Shown here in pieces: positions 25,801-38,004 of a stretch of 64,000 nucleotides of DNA. Origin of the DNA: Setoptus koraiensis (Eukaryota; Animalia; Arthropoda). The notes beneath the pieces are model-generated. The model worked only from the letters and a program-made list of their open reading frames with translations, had not been told where the DNA came from and searched no databases. Made by a program: the position numbers and the translations under genes. The DNA lies in contig CM106585.1 in assembly GCA_048013815.1 (NCBI GenBank), positions 6,076,001 through 6,140,000 on the forward strand, read 5' to 3'. The first letter of the stretch is position 1. Each line of letters opens with the position of its first letter.

Positions 25801-28800
25801 TTTGTGATCGGCTAACGGTAAGTGTGTTAACAATCGATTGCGTCATCTATGCATTCAACATTTATAGAGTCTATACTATAGACTGTTGAGATGATTTAAC
25901 TGCATGCTCTTTCTATCATGGTCTGACCATGTGTGACGTAACTGCCGCATTACTGACTTGAATCTCTTACTTCCTGTTTGTGCCCCACTTATCGCTCGGC
26001 AACAGTACACCTATGCCGAGGAACGGGATCAAATTCAAGCCCAATTGACGGTGATGTGGAACGAGAACAAATTTATCGACACAACCAATATTACAATTTA
26101 CAAGTGCCATCTATTGGCGGCCAGTCTACAGCAGCAGACTAGCGGTCATTCGTTAAAGTCCGACTGTTCCAACTGTCTCGCCTTGGACTATTCCCGTTAT
26201 CAATGCGCTTGGTGCTCGCAAGCCTGCCAATACCAGCCACAATGCCAAACAGTTGCCCAAAGGTCATGTCCGCCCGTGCAAGCCGACGATTATCTCATAC
26301 AGCAGCAGCAGCAGCCCCCATTGAATGCAATTCAAACAATCAATCAAATGTTTGCACCCATTGGCGCACCTCGTGCTTTTCCAGCGGACAGACCAGCAGC
26401 AACAACAGCAATTATTAGGGATAGGCCAGATATGCTGGCCGATATGCAAAACAGGCTATCTGCAAGTGGTACTGCTAATGCGCCTTGTCATGTCGATGGT
26501 ACCAGGGTGATTTGTATGACATCGCAACACAAATTCAATAACGGAATCAACAACAACAACAACAATTTCTCGCCGACAGAGTCATTTATGCCTGCCAGCA
26601 CAAATGGTGGCATTCAACCGGATTATATGGGCGCACCACCTATGCAAGACGACCAAGGTCAACAGCAAACAACGCCAACAACAGCGCAATCTATTAGCTG
26701 GTCCATATTGAGTATTTTGTTGTTTTTGTTGGGCATAACAATGTTGTTGTTTATATTATATACCTTGTTGATTGTGTTTCATCGTTATTATCACAGCAAC
26801 GGCGCCACAGGCGTCTTGAGTGCCTTCAACGTGGGCGGCGTTATTGTGGGCCACAATTGTGACGCCGGCAATCATCAGCACCTCAAAGATGAGCGTCAAT
26901 TTAAACGGATACAATTGCAAATGGAATCGCTGGAACGCTCCATAAAGAACGAATGTCACCTGGCCTCGGTGGCTCTGCAACAGGATCTGACAGACGTCTA
27001 CAAGGAGCTAGAGATAAGTGGGGCGCCTGTTCTGTCTTACAAGAACTACATTATAAAGGTGTTCTTTCCTGGCCTAAGCAATCATCCTTTGCTTGTCACA
27101 ACAACCGGCAACGACAACAATGCAAGAGCGCGATTGGTAGAGCAGCAACACGATCCGGCCATGGAATATTTCGAGCGACTCATTCTCAACAAGTCCTTTT
27201 TGGTGACATTCATCAATACGTTGGAGGCTCAGTCGACGTTTAGCATAAAGGATCGCGTCAATGTTGCCTCATTACTAATGATAATCCTAATGGATCGCAT
27301 GGATTATACCACCGACATATTGCGCACGCTTTTGTTTCAATTAGTGGAGAAATCTAGCAAGAAACAATCCGCTTTCCATTTGCATGTCAACGGTGCCGGC
27401 GATGCGCAGCAACAATCGGCAAACTCGGCCTATCATCAGCAACAACAGCAACACCTTTTGTTGCGTCGAACGGAATCCGTTGTCGAGAAAATGCTCACCA
27501 ATTGGCTGGCCATCAACATGTACGACTCTATGAGATTGGAATCGGGCAACGCACTTTACATGCTCTTCCAAGCTTTGAAACTTCAAATTGAAAAGGGTCC
27601 CCTGGATGCCATCACAAACGAGGCCTACTATTCGCTGAGCGAGGAGCATTTGTTGCGCGAGCCAAGAATAGAGTTTGAGACACTGACGCTGTACGTGCTA
27701 ATAGACAAAAACTTCTACAAACACCTACAATCCTGCAGCAACATCAAAACGACAACAGCAACCAACGGAAGTCAGTCACCTGATAACGGCAGCAGTGGCG
27801 CAATCTACGATCTTGTGGGTCCACCCACGCCTGTGCCATCTCAGGGTGGAGCGGCCTCATTTAGTTTGCAGCCAACACTTTTGTTGGACACGCACAACAA
27901 CGCCATATACGAGGGCAACAACACCAACAGCAATCAATTTGATCAATTTATTCGCCAACAACAACAACAGCAACATTCCTATCATCAGGCCACCCTCACT
28001 ATTCGCGTGCTTGATTGTGACACAGTGAGCCAAGTGAAAACAAAAATACTTGATCGTCTATACAAGAATTCACCAAAGATTGGCCGTTTAGAGGCCGAGG
28101 ACGTTGAGTTGGAATTGCATCAGCTTCATCATAATCATCAGCAACAACAACAACACCATCATCATCACCACGTGACAGCCGGCCAAACTCTCACAAACAA
28201 TCTGCGCTTTGGCCTGGCCAATCATCAAGTTGGCTCATTGGGACAAACATCCAAGACATTGAATCATCATTTTATTAGTCAGCAGCAGCAACAGCAACAA
28301 CATGCCATGATGCAACAGCCAATGCAAGCGACCGTTTTAAGCGACCAAGACTTCAGTAATGTGACCACTTTCAATGGTTGGAAACGGGTCAACACAATGC
28401 GACATTATGGCGTCAAGGATCAGTCTATCTTGGCATTGAACATTGTTCGTCAGCCACCATCGCCTAGCGCCAACTACCACGCGACGGCAACATTGAACAA
28501 TGGCAGCAATACTGCCATGGACACAAACTATCAACTCCAGAATCCGTACGCAGAGATACAGTACGGATCTTTCAATGCTGTCAACGTGAAACCCGAAGAG
28601 CTCGGTCTTGCCAGATTGGCGGCCAGCACGGGCTACAGGTTGTGGCATTTGGTTCGCGAAGACTCGTCCAATATGGCTGTTTCGTCGGCCGCCTCCACCA
28701 GTTCCTCAACATCGGCGTCGCCGTCGTCACTTTTGTTCAACTCTTCCTCTGTTCCGGTTGTTGCAATCAAACAACAACAACAGCAGCAGCAGCATCCAAT

Positions 28801-29815
28801 CAACAACTATTATCATTCCGCCGCGTCGTCCAATTCGGCCTCTTCAAGTGCCAATCACGTTCTAGACACAAATTCAACCTCTGTAAACTCATCCTCGTTT
28901 GCCGACAGAACTTGCGCACTTCCCACTATCGCCTACCAGCAACAACAACAACAAATGGCCGGATTGCACGCGCAACAAAACGGAAACAGTTACTACTTTA
29001 CCGTGTCGAGACCGCTTGATCCGCGCCAACACCAGCAACAGCGAAAGGGACGCAATCAAAATGCGCAATCTTTGTCGGATCAGCAGATGCTTTTGACACG
29101 TATGCTGGCCTCCAAGGCGACAGTTCACAAATATGTCAACGACTTCTTCTCATCAATATTGAATATATTTCCAAGTGGCACACTAACAACACCGACACTG
29201 GATGGCGTCGCCACTGGTGGCCAGATGAGCATCGGAACAACCAACAATTGTCCGCCTACAATAAAATGGTTGTTTGATCTGTTGGATGAGGCGGCCTTGA
29301 GTAACGGTATCACAGATCCGCAAGTTGTTCATTCGTGGAAGAGCAATAGTTTTCTGTTGAGATTTTGGGCAAATCTAATCAAGAATCCCGATTATATATT
29401 GGACGTCAACAAGACGCCCGTTGTTGATTCGTCGCTATCTGTGATTGCTCAAACGCTTATAGATTCTTGTTCGCCCACCGAATCTAAACTGTCGCCGGAC
29501 ACATCATGTAATAAGCTGCTCTTTACCAAGGATATTGTCAAGTATCGTCAACAGGTGAAGAAGTTCTACCAGCAAGTGGCCTCTATGAGACCCGTGAGCG
29601 ATCAAGAGATGAGCAAGTATATGAATTCGTTGTCAATGGTGCACACTAATCGCTTCAACACCGGCCTGGCTCTAAAAGAATTGTGCGTGTACGCCGCCAA
29701 ATACGGTGTTGAGTTGTTCGAGGCCCTCGACAATGATTATGTAAGCCAGCGGCTTGGCTTGGCTCAACAATTGGAGCAGTGCTTTAGAACGTTGCATGGT
29801 CAAAAGAATCAATGA
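11384..29815 (+). CDS. PlexB: Plexin-B-like semaphorin receptor, 5'-partial; exons 11384-11512, 15718-15818, 16138-16348, 16843-17002, 17468-17564, 17788-18103, 25725-25817, 26006-29815
   Basis: Eight GT-AG exons with matching phases join into one frame (1638 aa in window). They encode the Sema C-terminal end (KTPILGDIHLD..HVYVAT), three PSI domains (CGQYLSCRECSQSQNPFCGWCSLERRC; CKDCVNAQWNCNWC; CSNCLALDYSRYQCAWC) and a TM helix (ISWSILSILLFLLGITMLLFILYTLLIVF). The GAP motifs LLRRTESVVEKML and LRFWANLIKNP are present. The segment GTFHCNIEI..QLTVMWNENKFID..ITIYKC resembles arthropod PlexB. I could not find the rest of the Sema domain in 1-11383. Confidence 0.9.
17630..17671. repeat. (CGT)14 microsatellite in a plexin intron
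   Basis: Perfect trinucleotide run, directly visible. Confidence 0.95.
22135..22169. repeat. (GT)n microsatellite
   Basis: Directly visible; one of many CA/GT, GA, CAA and CAG runs in 1-26 kb. Confidence 0.95.
22803..22841. repeat. (CA)n microsatellite
   Basis: Directly visible. Confidence 0.95.
25087..25116. repeat. 30-bp perfect palindrome
   Basis: GGACAGTTCGCTTTC|GAAAGCGAACTGTCC is its own reverse complement. Confidence 0.95.
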
Positions 29816-30437
29816 CAACATCATAACAACGAGTGATCAACTAATTGTGAATACAAACTAAGCAAACATAATTACCTAATTTTTGATTATGTGATTATAT
29901 CATTAACAAATCACATCATAATCAACATTACTATGTTATTTAATAAGTTAAATAGACAAAAAGTTACTGTGATTTCAAGCAAAAAACGACTATTTTGTAC
30001 AACTACTACCTACCTATTATACTATTACCGCCGCCACTACTGTATCCACCAACACACAATTATCACCGTATAAAATGTGTGACAACAAGACTACAGTTAT
30101 AGTCGCGACAGGAAAAACTGACACACAACATTGCCGGCATTGCATCGATCCAATCGTTGGTGGTTTGTGATCAAGTCAGTTTAAAAATTTAATCAGTGAG
30201 AAATTAATCAGAATTGATTAGAATTAGATTCATGTAAACAACAATGAATCGTTAAATAAATATCAGACATCATTAAAACAAAATTCATGAGACATTCATG
30301 TTAGTGTAACATGTTATTTTTTCTTTTAGTGGTTCTTACTCAAAGTTTTCTATCAATTTCATCGATCGCAAGAACAATAGATTGGTGGGCGTCAAGTCTA
30401 TCGCATGTTGCTCACTGTGTAACCAGCTATAAACGCA

Positions 30438-33232
30438 TCAAGCAAGATAAATGAAAATATTCATATCATTGTCATCACGCTTCATATAGCGCTGCTCGAT
30501 CAACCATTCAATTTGTTCTTTTATCATCTTTTTTGAGGGTAAAAACATATTCTTCAAAATCTCGACTAGTTCGATTTGTAGTTGGGCATTAGATAGGCGC
30601 CGCCGCATTTTCATTATTTTCACTATGGCCTCTTGAGTTCTAAGTATTCTTAATTGAACAATGCTATCATTGTCTTCCTCGCGACTTTTTTCCGTTGACA
30701 GTTGTAAGCGTCCTATTAGATTGACACGTCCGCGAGTTTGAGGTTTTCCATTTTTACTGTAACATACGTAGCACGTAAATGAATATCATTAGTCAATAAT
30801 TAGTGTTTGTATATGTGGCAGGTCAATGGTTTGCAGGTGGTCATATTACTTACATTAAGCAGAAGTCCTGATTGACATATAACGAACTGGAATCGTCAAA
30901 GTCTTTGAGATTTTTCACCTCCGGCTCGCAGAGTAAAAGCTGACGCTTTAGTTTCGGATTGCATACCAACGACTGAGAAAGAGGAAAATGAACGAAATTA
31001 ATTATCCCTCTGAGTAATCAGACCCGCTGCAAACATTACAAGGCAATCATACTGACTGTCATTAAAAATACTTACCCAAAGCGTCTTCTTAAGTTCAATA
31101 TTGGGCAACTCGGTTGCTAGTCTCAGATCCTCGAAGCTGATCTTATCGAAAGAGCGCTCATTCCAGGCAAATAGCACTGCCATTTGGAAGGCGGTAACAT
31201 CCAGATCAAATTTTCCATTGTTTGTAGTGAAAGTCAATGTTCCATTTGACATATGATGATACCAAATCAATTTTCTACCCGAATGTTTTGTCTTATAGAA
31301 CTCCTCAATTTCCGGCACAATCTCTTCCATTTCTCTGGGTAGCGTGACGGGTATACGTTCGCCACCTCTGGACCAGGCACCGGCGTTGAGAATTTTGATG
31401 TTGATCGCATCGAGATTTTTTGCCATCCTCTCACTATTGGTTGCTGCAGTAGCTGGTGACATTGAACTACTGTCGTTATTTGAATGATTTATGTCGCCAC
31501 CGCTACTTGCGGACGATGATTGTTGCTGTTGTTGACTTTTCACTGACGATACTGTTATTATTGGCTGCTGTTGAGCACCCGGTTGCCTGAGACTATTCTT
31601 GAATTGTTGGTGCAGGTCCTCACTCACTTTTATATCTTGGAACATACGCGCCAACTTGTTAATGTGATCCGCTGGCATACCCAATTCCCTAAGGCACTCT
31701 ACCATATTTTCTTCTTTTTCACTATCTGCCGATGCGTTCAATATCAATCTACGCGTCAAATGGGCCTTGTGATAGCGCATAAAAACATCCTTGTTTTGTA
31801 CATATTTCAATACCAGAAGCACATCTTTCAGTTTGGCATCAATCTCGTCCGTTGTTAATTTTCGACTTAGAGCTGTTCTCCTCAATAACATATCACAGTA
31901 GTTGGCTAATAATTCGGGGCAACGAGATTCAGGTAGGCATTTCATTGTATGAGCATTATTGATTGACATTGCGAGAGATTGTTGTTGTAGTTGCTGCAAA
32001 GGTGATGCAACTTCACTGGAATTGTTAACAATAGCCCCAACGCCCTTACTTAGTTGTTGCTGTTGCAAAATATTGATTGTTTGATTACGTGATTTAGTTG
32101 GCAATTCTAATTTAAATATCCTAGTATCATTAACAACTGTCTTAAATGCTTGATCTCTGACTGTGGTGGCTCGCGGATCGTCTTCGAAGGCCTGCCATAC
32201 AAGATGGCTAAATTTGTGAAATAATCTAAGTAATTGCTCAACATATTTCTCCGAATCTTGCGTTATGGTGTCCGCAGAGGCCATCATATCATCGAGGCCC
32301 TTGGCGCAAATATGCTGACCTAAGTATTCTAGCATCTTTTCTACGCCTGATTCCTTGAGTTTGTCCATGAGTTTAAACATGAGCTTTAATTCGTCTGTCA
32401 TATTTTTCTCTATAAGCGATGGACACTCATTTAGTATAACTTCCCTAAAATTGGCTACTAAAATTTTTATACAACAATCATTGATTGATTTTATGGATTG
32501 AGCATTTGTCTCCAAGTACCTCCTGGCTCGTGCCTCCTCCTCTTTCAATTTCAAACTGGCCCATTTCATGTATTCCAAGACACCGTTTTCATATAAATAG
32601 GCCTGGGCTCTTGTTCTATAGTATTCTTCAGTTTCTTTCAAATAGTGCTTTTCAAAGCATTGTCTGTAGATCTTGAGTCTATCACTCGGATCTGAGCACA
32701 AATTAACATAGGACTCTCTAACACCAATAACAAGCTGAGAATCAAAAGTTTCACCGAGACGCTCGGCCCATAATAATTTCATTGCACTGTCTTGTAGTTT
32801 ACCTTGGATAGACGAAAATATGCTACTGTTCCATAAATCAAGCATCATGGTTCTAATAACATTATCTATGCTCTGATTATTTCTTAGATTGGACTTTTTT
32901 TTGCTATTCATAGCCATATCAAGTTGACAGAATGGCATTGGAACATAATTACATTGTTGATAAAACTTCTCCCATGCCTCAACATATGCTCGCAATAGCG
33001 AGTATTCATCTTGATGACTGAGTACGGTACATTGGACACCGATTATGAAATCAAGAATGTCGTGTTTAAGAGCCTGGTGTATCTTGAAACAGCCTTTGTC
33101 GTCCCATAGACAGACTATGTGGACGTCGCCAAATAGATCGTGCCATTCCTTTTTACTGACAGATTTCTGATGTAGTAACTTCTGGACGACAGGTCTCATT
33201 CGAGGCCAGTTTACCTCAAATCCTTTCTCCAT
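30438..33232 (-). CDS. CUL5: Cullin-5; exons 33232-31076, 30972-30854, 30756-30438 (864 aa)
   Basis: Contains FDSQLVIGVRESYVNLC, PESRCPELLANYCDMLLR, NKDVFMRYHKAHLTRRLIL and the neddylation region IMKMRRR..KEQIEWLIEQRYMKRD. Two short GT-AG introns restore SLVCNPKLKRQLL and KNGKPQTRGRVNLIGRLQL in frame. Confidence 0.96.
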
Positions 33233-33960
33233 ATTACCATAGGTATGTGGGCTTATATTATATATAAATAATACAATTTTTCTATGAAATAAATAGTTGC
33301 TGTAAATAATATGTATACGAATAGGCGATAATTATTATGATAGTCTGATAATTGTTTGATCCATTATTTGTGTCACCTGATTACTTGTTATGAAGGCGCT
33401 TACACATGGTAATAGCAGTATATATATTTATATAAACTAACATGAAAAAAATATAAATTTCAGCCGAAAATATAATTGAGTGAAACTGGTCTGCAGTTGA
33501 CGCATGTTACAGCTCTATAGCCGCCCATCTATTCGTATTGTATAATTGATCTTGTTTACTTGAAATATAAGGTGACTGCTGTATCCTTCGTACTGTGCGC
33601 ACGAACGAAATTGGGTTCCGCACAGAGCGTGACTCATCTGCTTTAGCGCTCACTCAACCGACACTGTGATATTCGGCGCACCACTGTTGTGTGTGCCAGC
33701 AAAACTACGCCATGTGCAATAGTCGGCTTTGACGGTGCATTTATAACGTTTCTGATCGAGGCGCACTAGTTTATGGTCACCCCATATAAACACAGAGGGT
33801 CTGGTCACAAACAAAACATCTGGATATAGTCTTCAATATTTCATTGTGTTGTCTTGGTTTATCCACTATTATTATCAAACGAATATTGATTTGTATCACT
33901 CTCTATCTATTAATATTATTATCATCATAGTCCATTGTTGAAATTACTAGCTGCAGGACC

Positions 33961-34230
33961 ATGCCACACGTAAGCTTGTCGTCGGTGGCCATATTATTAT
34001 CGGCCGTATTTCAATTCTTCGTCGTCTCATGCCAAGCCGATGGCTTGAAAAGACTCAATCTGGCCCCACTATACGACTCCCAGTTTCATGTACCATTCTC
34101 ATTAATAGCTTTCAGCTCCATTGTTTTGGTGCTGGCCGCTTTTGGAGTTTCGGTGGCCATGTGGAACCTGGATCCCGGCAGGGATTCTATCATTTACCGA
34201 ATGACTGGCCAACGAAAGAAGGACCAGTGA
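33961..34230 (+). CDS. ATP6AP2: Miniature ATP6AP2/(pro)renin receptor-like V-ATPase accessory protein (89 aa)
   Basis: The C-terminus NLAPLYDSQFHVPFSLIAF..AMWNLDPGRDSIIYRMTGQRKKDQ matches the ATP6AP2 TM/cytosolic signature (MDPG[Y/R]DSIIYRM). The N-terminus is signal-peptide-like. Confidence 0.9.
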   Translation: MPHVSLSSVAILLSAVFQFFVVSCQADGLKRLNLAPLYDSQFHVPFSLIAFSSIVLVLAAFGVSVAMWNLDPGRDSIIYRMTGQRKKDQ

Positions 34231-34373
34231 GGAATATTCACCGGCAAATGTGTACACTAGATACTTGCAGCATTTTCGTGTCAATGAACGAAATGAAGTC
34301 TGACAAACTCAAAATTTGTTTTAGTCAATATTATCATATGCTCATCATGTAACCCAGAATACAATCAATAATG

Positions 34374-34457
34374 AATAAAAACAGCAGCATATAGCCCAGA
34401 CACTTGGTTTGCCTACGAGCTACACTAGTTATATTCTAGTATAATGTTTTGTTTATT
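34374..34457. terminator. Convergent polyadenylation signals (ATP6AP2 on +, NEK on -)
   Basis: AATAAA at 34374-34379 on + and TTTATT at 34452-34457 (AATAAA on -) lie between the two stop codons. Confidence 0.5.
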
Positions 34458-34550
34458 ATTTTTTAATTATCTAATTTTATTATCACACAGCCACAGCTTA
34501 CTACATCAGATCATAAACTATGGGATGGTTCAGTTGGAGTTGGGACCAAT

Positions 34551-35786
34551 TTAAAAGGATTTCACCAGGGTCAATTGTTCTTCATACAAACTATCCACAA
34601 CAAGGCATATTTCATCCATTTTAGGCCTGAGCTCGTGTTGAGGATTCAGACAGTGACCGATCAATTCTTTGAGTTTGCTAGAGAAGTTGGCCTCTATTGG
34701 CCGAAAATGACCATTATTAATTCGATCAATGAGATCTTGTAGATTTATTATGTCGCCTCTATTATCATATTCTATATGGTGATTTGGCTGAGCCGTGGCA
34801 ACCAAGCGATCGGGCTGATCGTACTGGTAACCAGCACAAAAGGGAGGCCTGAGTGCCATCAATTCGTACAAGACACAACCCACCGACCAGACGTCTGAAC
34901 TAAAACCATAACCAGATTGTCTTATTCTTTCCGGTGCCATATAATAGAATGTGCCCACCAGCGAGTAGGCGTCCATTGTTTGTGGACTAAAGTACCGGCC
35001 CAAACCGAAATCTCCCAATTTTACGCAACCGCTGCTTGTCATAAATATGTTGGCCGGTTTAATATCACGGTGTAGCACGCTCTTAGAATGAATATACTTG
35101 ACCGCAGAGCAAATTTGAGTAAAGTACTTCAACACTGTCTTCTCCGTCAATAATTGATGTTGCTTCAGGAAGTGTCTTATCAATTTTGACAGGTCGCCAC
35201 CGTCTGCCAATTCGAGCACTATAAATAGGTCATTTTTATCTATAAATGATAAACTGTATCTTATTATATTTGGATGGTCAAGCTTCTGCAATAGATTGAT
35301 CTCTCTCAGGCAATCCACTCTAGATTTGGCGTCTTTCATATCGAATATTTTCACTCTTTTTAGAGCCACAATATGACTATCGTCCTTGTGGTGGTTGCTT
35401 TTGAATATCTTGTTGCTTGCCCCCTTTCTGCTGGTAGTTATTTTCTTGTGCCTGATAGATCTAGATCGGACATGAAAGCGATTGTGATGAAAATCTTTGC
35501 CTTTGTCTTGTGAAATAGCTTTGAAAAGTTGACTTGACTCGTTTGGAGTATGGTCATTCGGAGTTACGCGTTGCTGTTGATCACTGGCAGCAAACACTGG
35601 CGTCACGATTGTTGCGTCACAAATTGAAGCGTTCAACCATTTCGCCTTGTACACATCACTAAATTGTCCCTTGCCGATTGGCTTGATTAATTCAAATTTT
35701 GGCTTGTAGGTCAAGTTGTCCAGATTGGTCATTGGATGACCAGGCAAATGGGCGCCCACATCCGGTTGTTGTTGACAATGTTGCAT
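34551..35786 (-). CDS. NEK7: NIMA-related Ser/Thr kinase NEK6/7-like, single coding exon (411 aa)
   Basis: Motifs IGKGQFSDVY, VALKRVKIFDMKDAKSRVDCLREINLL, HRDIKPANIF, KLGDFGLGRYFS and YYMAPER match the NEK6/7 subfamily. I cannot distinguish NEK6 from NEK7. Confidence 0.92.
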   Translation of the reverse strand: MQHCQQQPDVGAHLPGHPMTNLDNLTYKPKFELIKPIGKGQFSDVYKAKWLNASICDATIVTPVFAASDQQQRVTPNDHTPNESSQLFKAISQDKGKDFHHNRFHVRSRSIRHKKITTSRKGASNKIFKSNHHKDDSHIVALKRVKIFDMKDAKSRVDCLREINLLQKLDHPNIIRYSLSFIDKNDLFIVLELADGGDLSKLIRHFLKQHQLLTEKTVLKYFTQICSAVKYIHSKSVLHRDIKPANIFMTSSGCVKLGDFGLGRYFSPQTMDAYSLVGTFYYMAPERIRQSGYGFSSDVWSVGCVLYELMALRPPFCAGYQYDQPDRLVATAQPNHHIEYDNRGDIINLQDLIDRINNGHFRPIEANFSSKLKELIGHCLNPQHELRPKMDEICLVVDSLYEEQLTLVKSF

Positions 35787-38004
35787 AATGACACTGCTAG
35801 CTGTGATGATATTCCGATCTATCTATTATGGATCTATATTGTAAATCTCTATTGTAAATCGCTATTGTGGATCTCTTTTGTGGATCTGTTCTGTAGATCG
35901 TTATTGTGGATCGTGTTTTGTGCGAGCACCCAGCGACTGATATCAGTTGAGAGAGCAATAGCAACGAAGCTTGAGCTGAACAGTTGGCAAATGAATGAGT
36001 TGCATTCACGAGGAAATTGTGAGCAAAAGGCAAACTCTTTCTATGTCTCTCATTTGAGGTGAGTCAGAACAGTCAGTGTTTCTTTGATTTGATACAACTG
36101 TTGAATTGTTGTTTGTTTGTTTATTTGTTTGTATATATATTTTATATTTTGTTTATATATAGCATCAGCAATCAAGCAGCAAATTTGCTACTATTTGGCA
36201 AGGCTGCTCAAATAGTAGCGGTGGCGGCCACCACTGACAATAATAATTATTGATACAGTGATATACAGTCACTAAAGTGATTATAGTATAGTGACACCAA
36301 TCTAGCCGCAGCATACATCATCAGCAGCAGCAGCATTGGTATGATCGTAAGCAAACAAATTCCGAAAAACACCTTGCATCACCCGCCAAGAAAAGTGATT
36401 TTTGCCTTTTGTCTGATACGCATACGCACACACTAGTGAATCCTTATTATTTAATCTAATATCTCCATCATTTATCCACTCAAACTCGAGACGTAAATCA
36501 CTCTGCTGTCGTGCATTATAACACGGCGTGTAAAGCCAAACACGCAAGAGCAATCAACAATCTTGGCAACCGTGACACTGCCAATTGAATCACTTATCGA
36601 CTGGCTGTCTGATTGGGAGATATCACAACAACGAGCAAATCGACGTACATTCAACAACATCCGATCGGAACGTCAAGCTGAATTTCCTAGTCGGCGCAGT
36701 TGCATCTTCGCTCGGCATATTTTGTCACCATGTCGACAAGTAGAAACAGTGAGCAAATGTTGAGCGAAAAAGCCACAACTTTTTTCCTTTTATTGTTATA
36801 TTATAATTACAATGATATCCACACATCTGTAAATTGAGCTCCTGTCGACCCGTCGATTCGTTTCGCTCCGTTGTTAGATGGACTTGCTGACCAGCAGACT
36901 GGCATGTTGTAAATATGCGTATATCACACGACAGCCAGAAGAATTTTCAATCCGACCGCTGCTCGCGTGAACTCTTTTCGTCTGATTATTCATTCATGAC
37001 CCATGAATCATGGGCGAGAATGATAAAAATTGCTTGCAATAAGTAGTCGTTTGATGCACTCGCACATCGCGTAGACATGCATCGAATGCCTGATTCTCTG
37101 GGAGGCATATTAGCACGTCGGGCTTTATCGCCCGAATATCGGCTGCCCGAAATTTTTAGTTCGAAATGGAGTCGATTCTGGCTGGAAAAATCGTTCGAAG
37201 GATAAACAGATCCTACATGGATATAAACACATGGATATGCGCGCTATTGCCGGTATTTGTTGCCGGCATGTTTCAGGAATGTCGCAACTTTTCTGATCAG
37301 CTCATGTTGCACTCTTTCGCTGTCCGGCTCCCGGTCACCTGAATCGAGAGTGGCAAGCGTTGATGAAATCAGAACCTCCTGAAATATGAATACACAAATG
37401 ACTACACAATACATACGTTTTGTTGGGCACAAAATATTGTCAAGTGCAACTCTGATGACTGTTGCCAATCTGAGCGACAGTCACAGACACAGTGTCCAGG
37501 TAAACACTCCATCAGATTGAAACAGTATCAGCATATGAATATTGCAAAGTTCCCAATTATCTTTGTAAAGTATAAACTATCAAGTTAAGTCTAACTTTTC
37601 AATTTGATTTATACAATGGCTCAGCTGGAGCTGCTCCATCGCGGACAGTGTGCCGACTCGTAAACAACCAATTGAACCACTAATTAGCAAGTAAGTGAGT
37701 CCGCATTCTGCCAGTGACGATTTCAAATATCTGATACCGAACCTAGTGTCTATGATGAAAACACAATTAGTTGCCGGGCGAGCCAGCTTAGTCACGCGAA
37801 AGCCCGCTTCAGATTATCAAAAGATATTTATCAAAAGTATCACCTAACTCATGGTCGTTAGCTCTATTTTTGAAACACCGAATTAAATAGCTTCATGCTT
37901 GTAACATCATACACAAAGCACTGAAGCCTCCTCCAATAAGATCGGGTGCGCATCGGGTATATTGAGGTGGCGAGTGGGATTAAGAGAACATTACATAAGT
38001 GGAA

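Noticed and set aside
37244-37420. Minus-strand segment ending IRKVATFLKHAGNKY, BH3-like
   Set aside because: It needs a 38-nt intron and has no convincing start; the motif lacks the G-D core.
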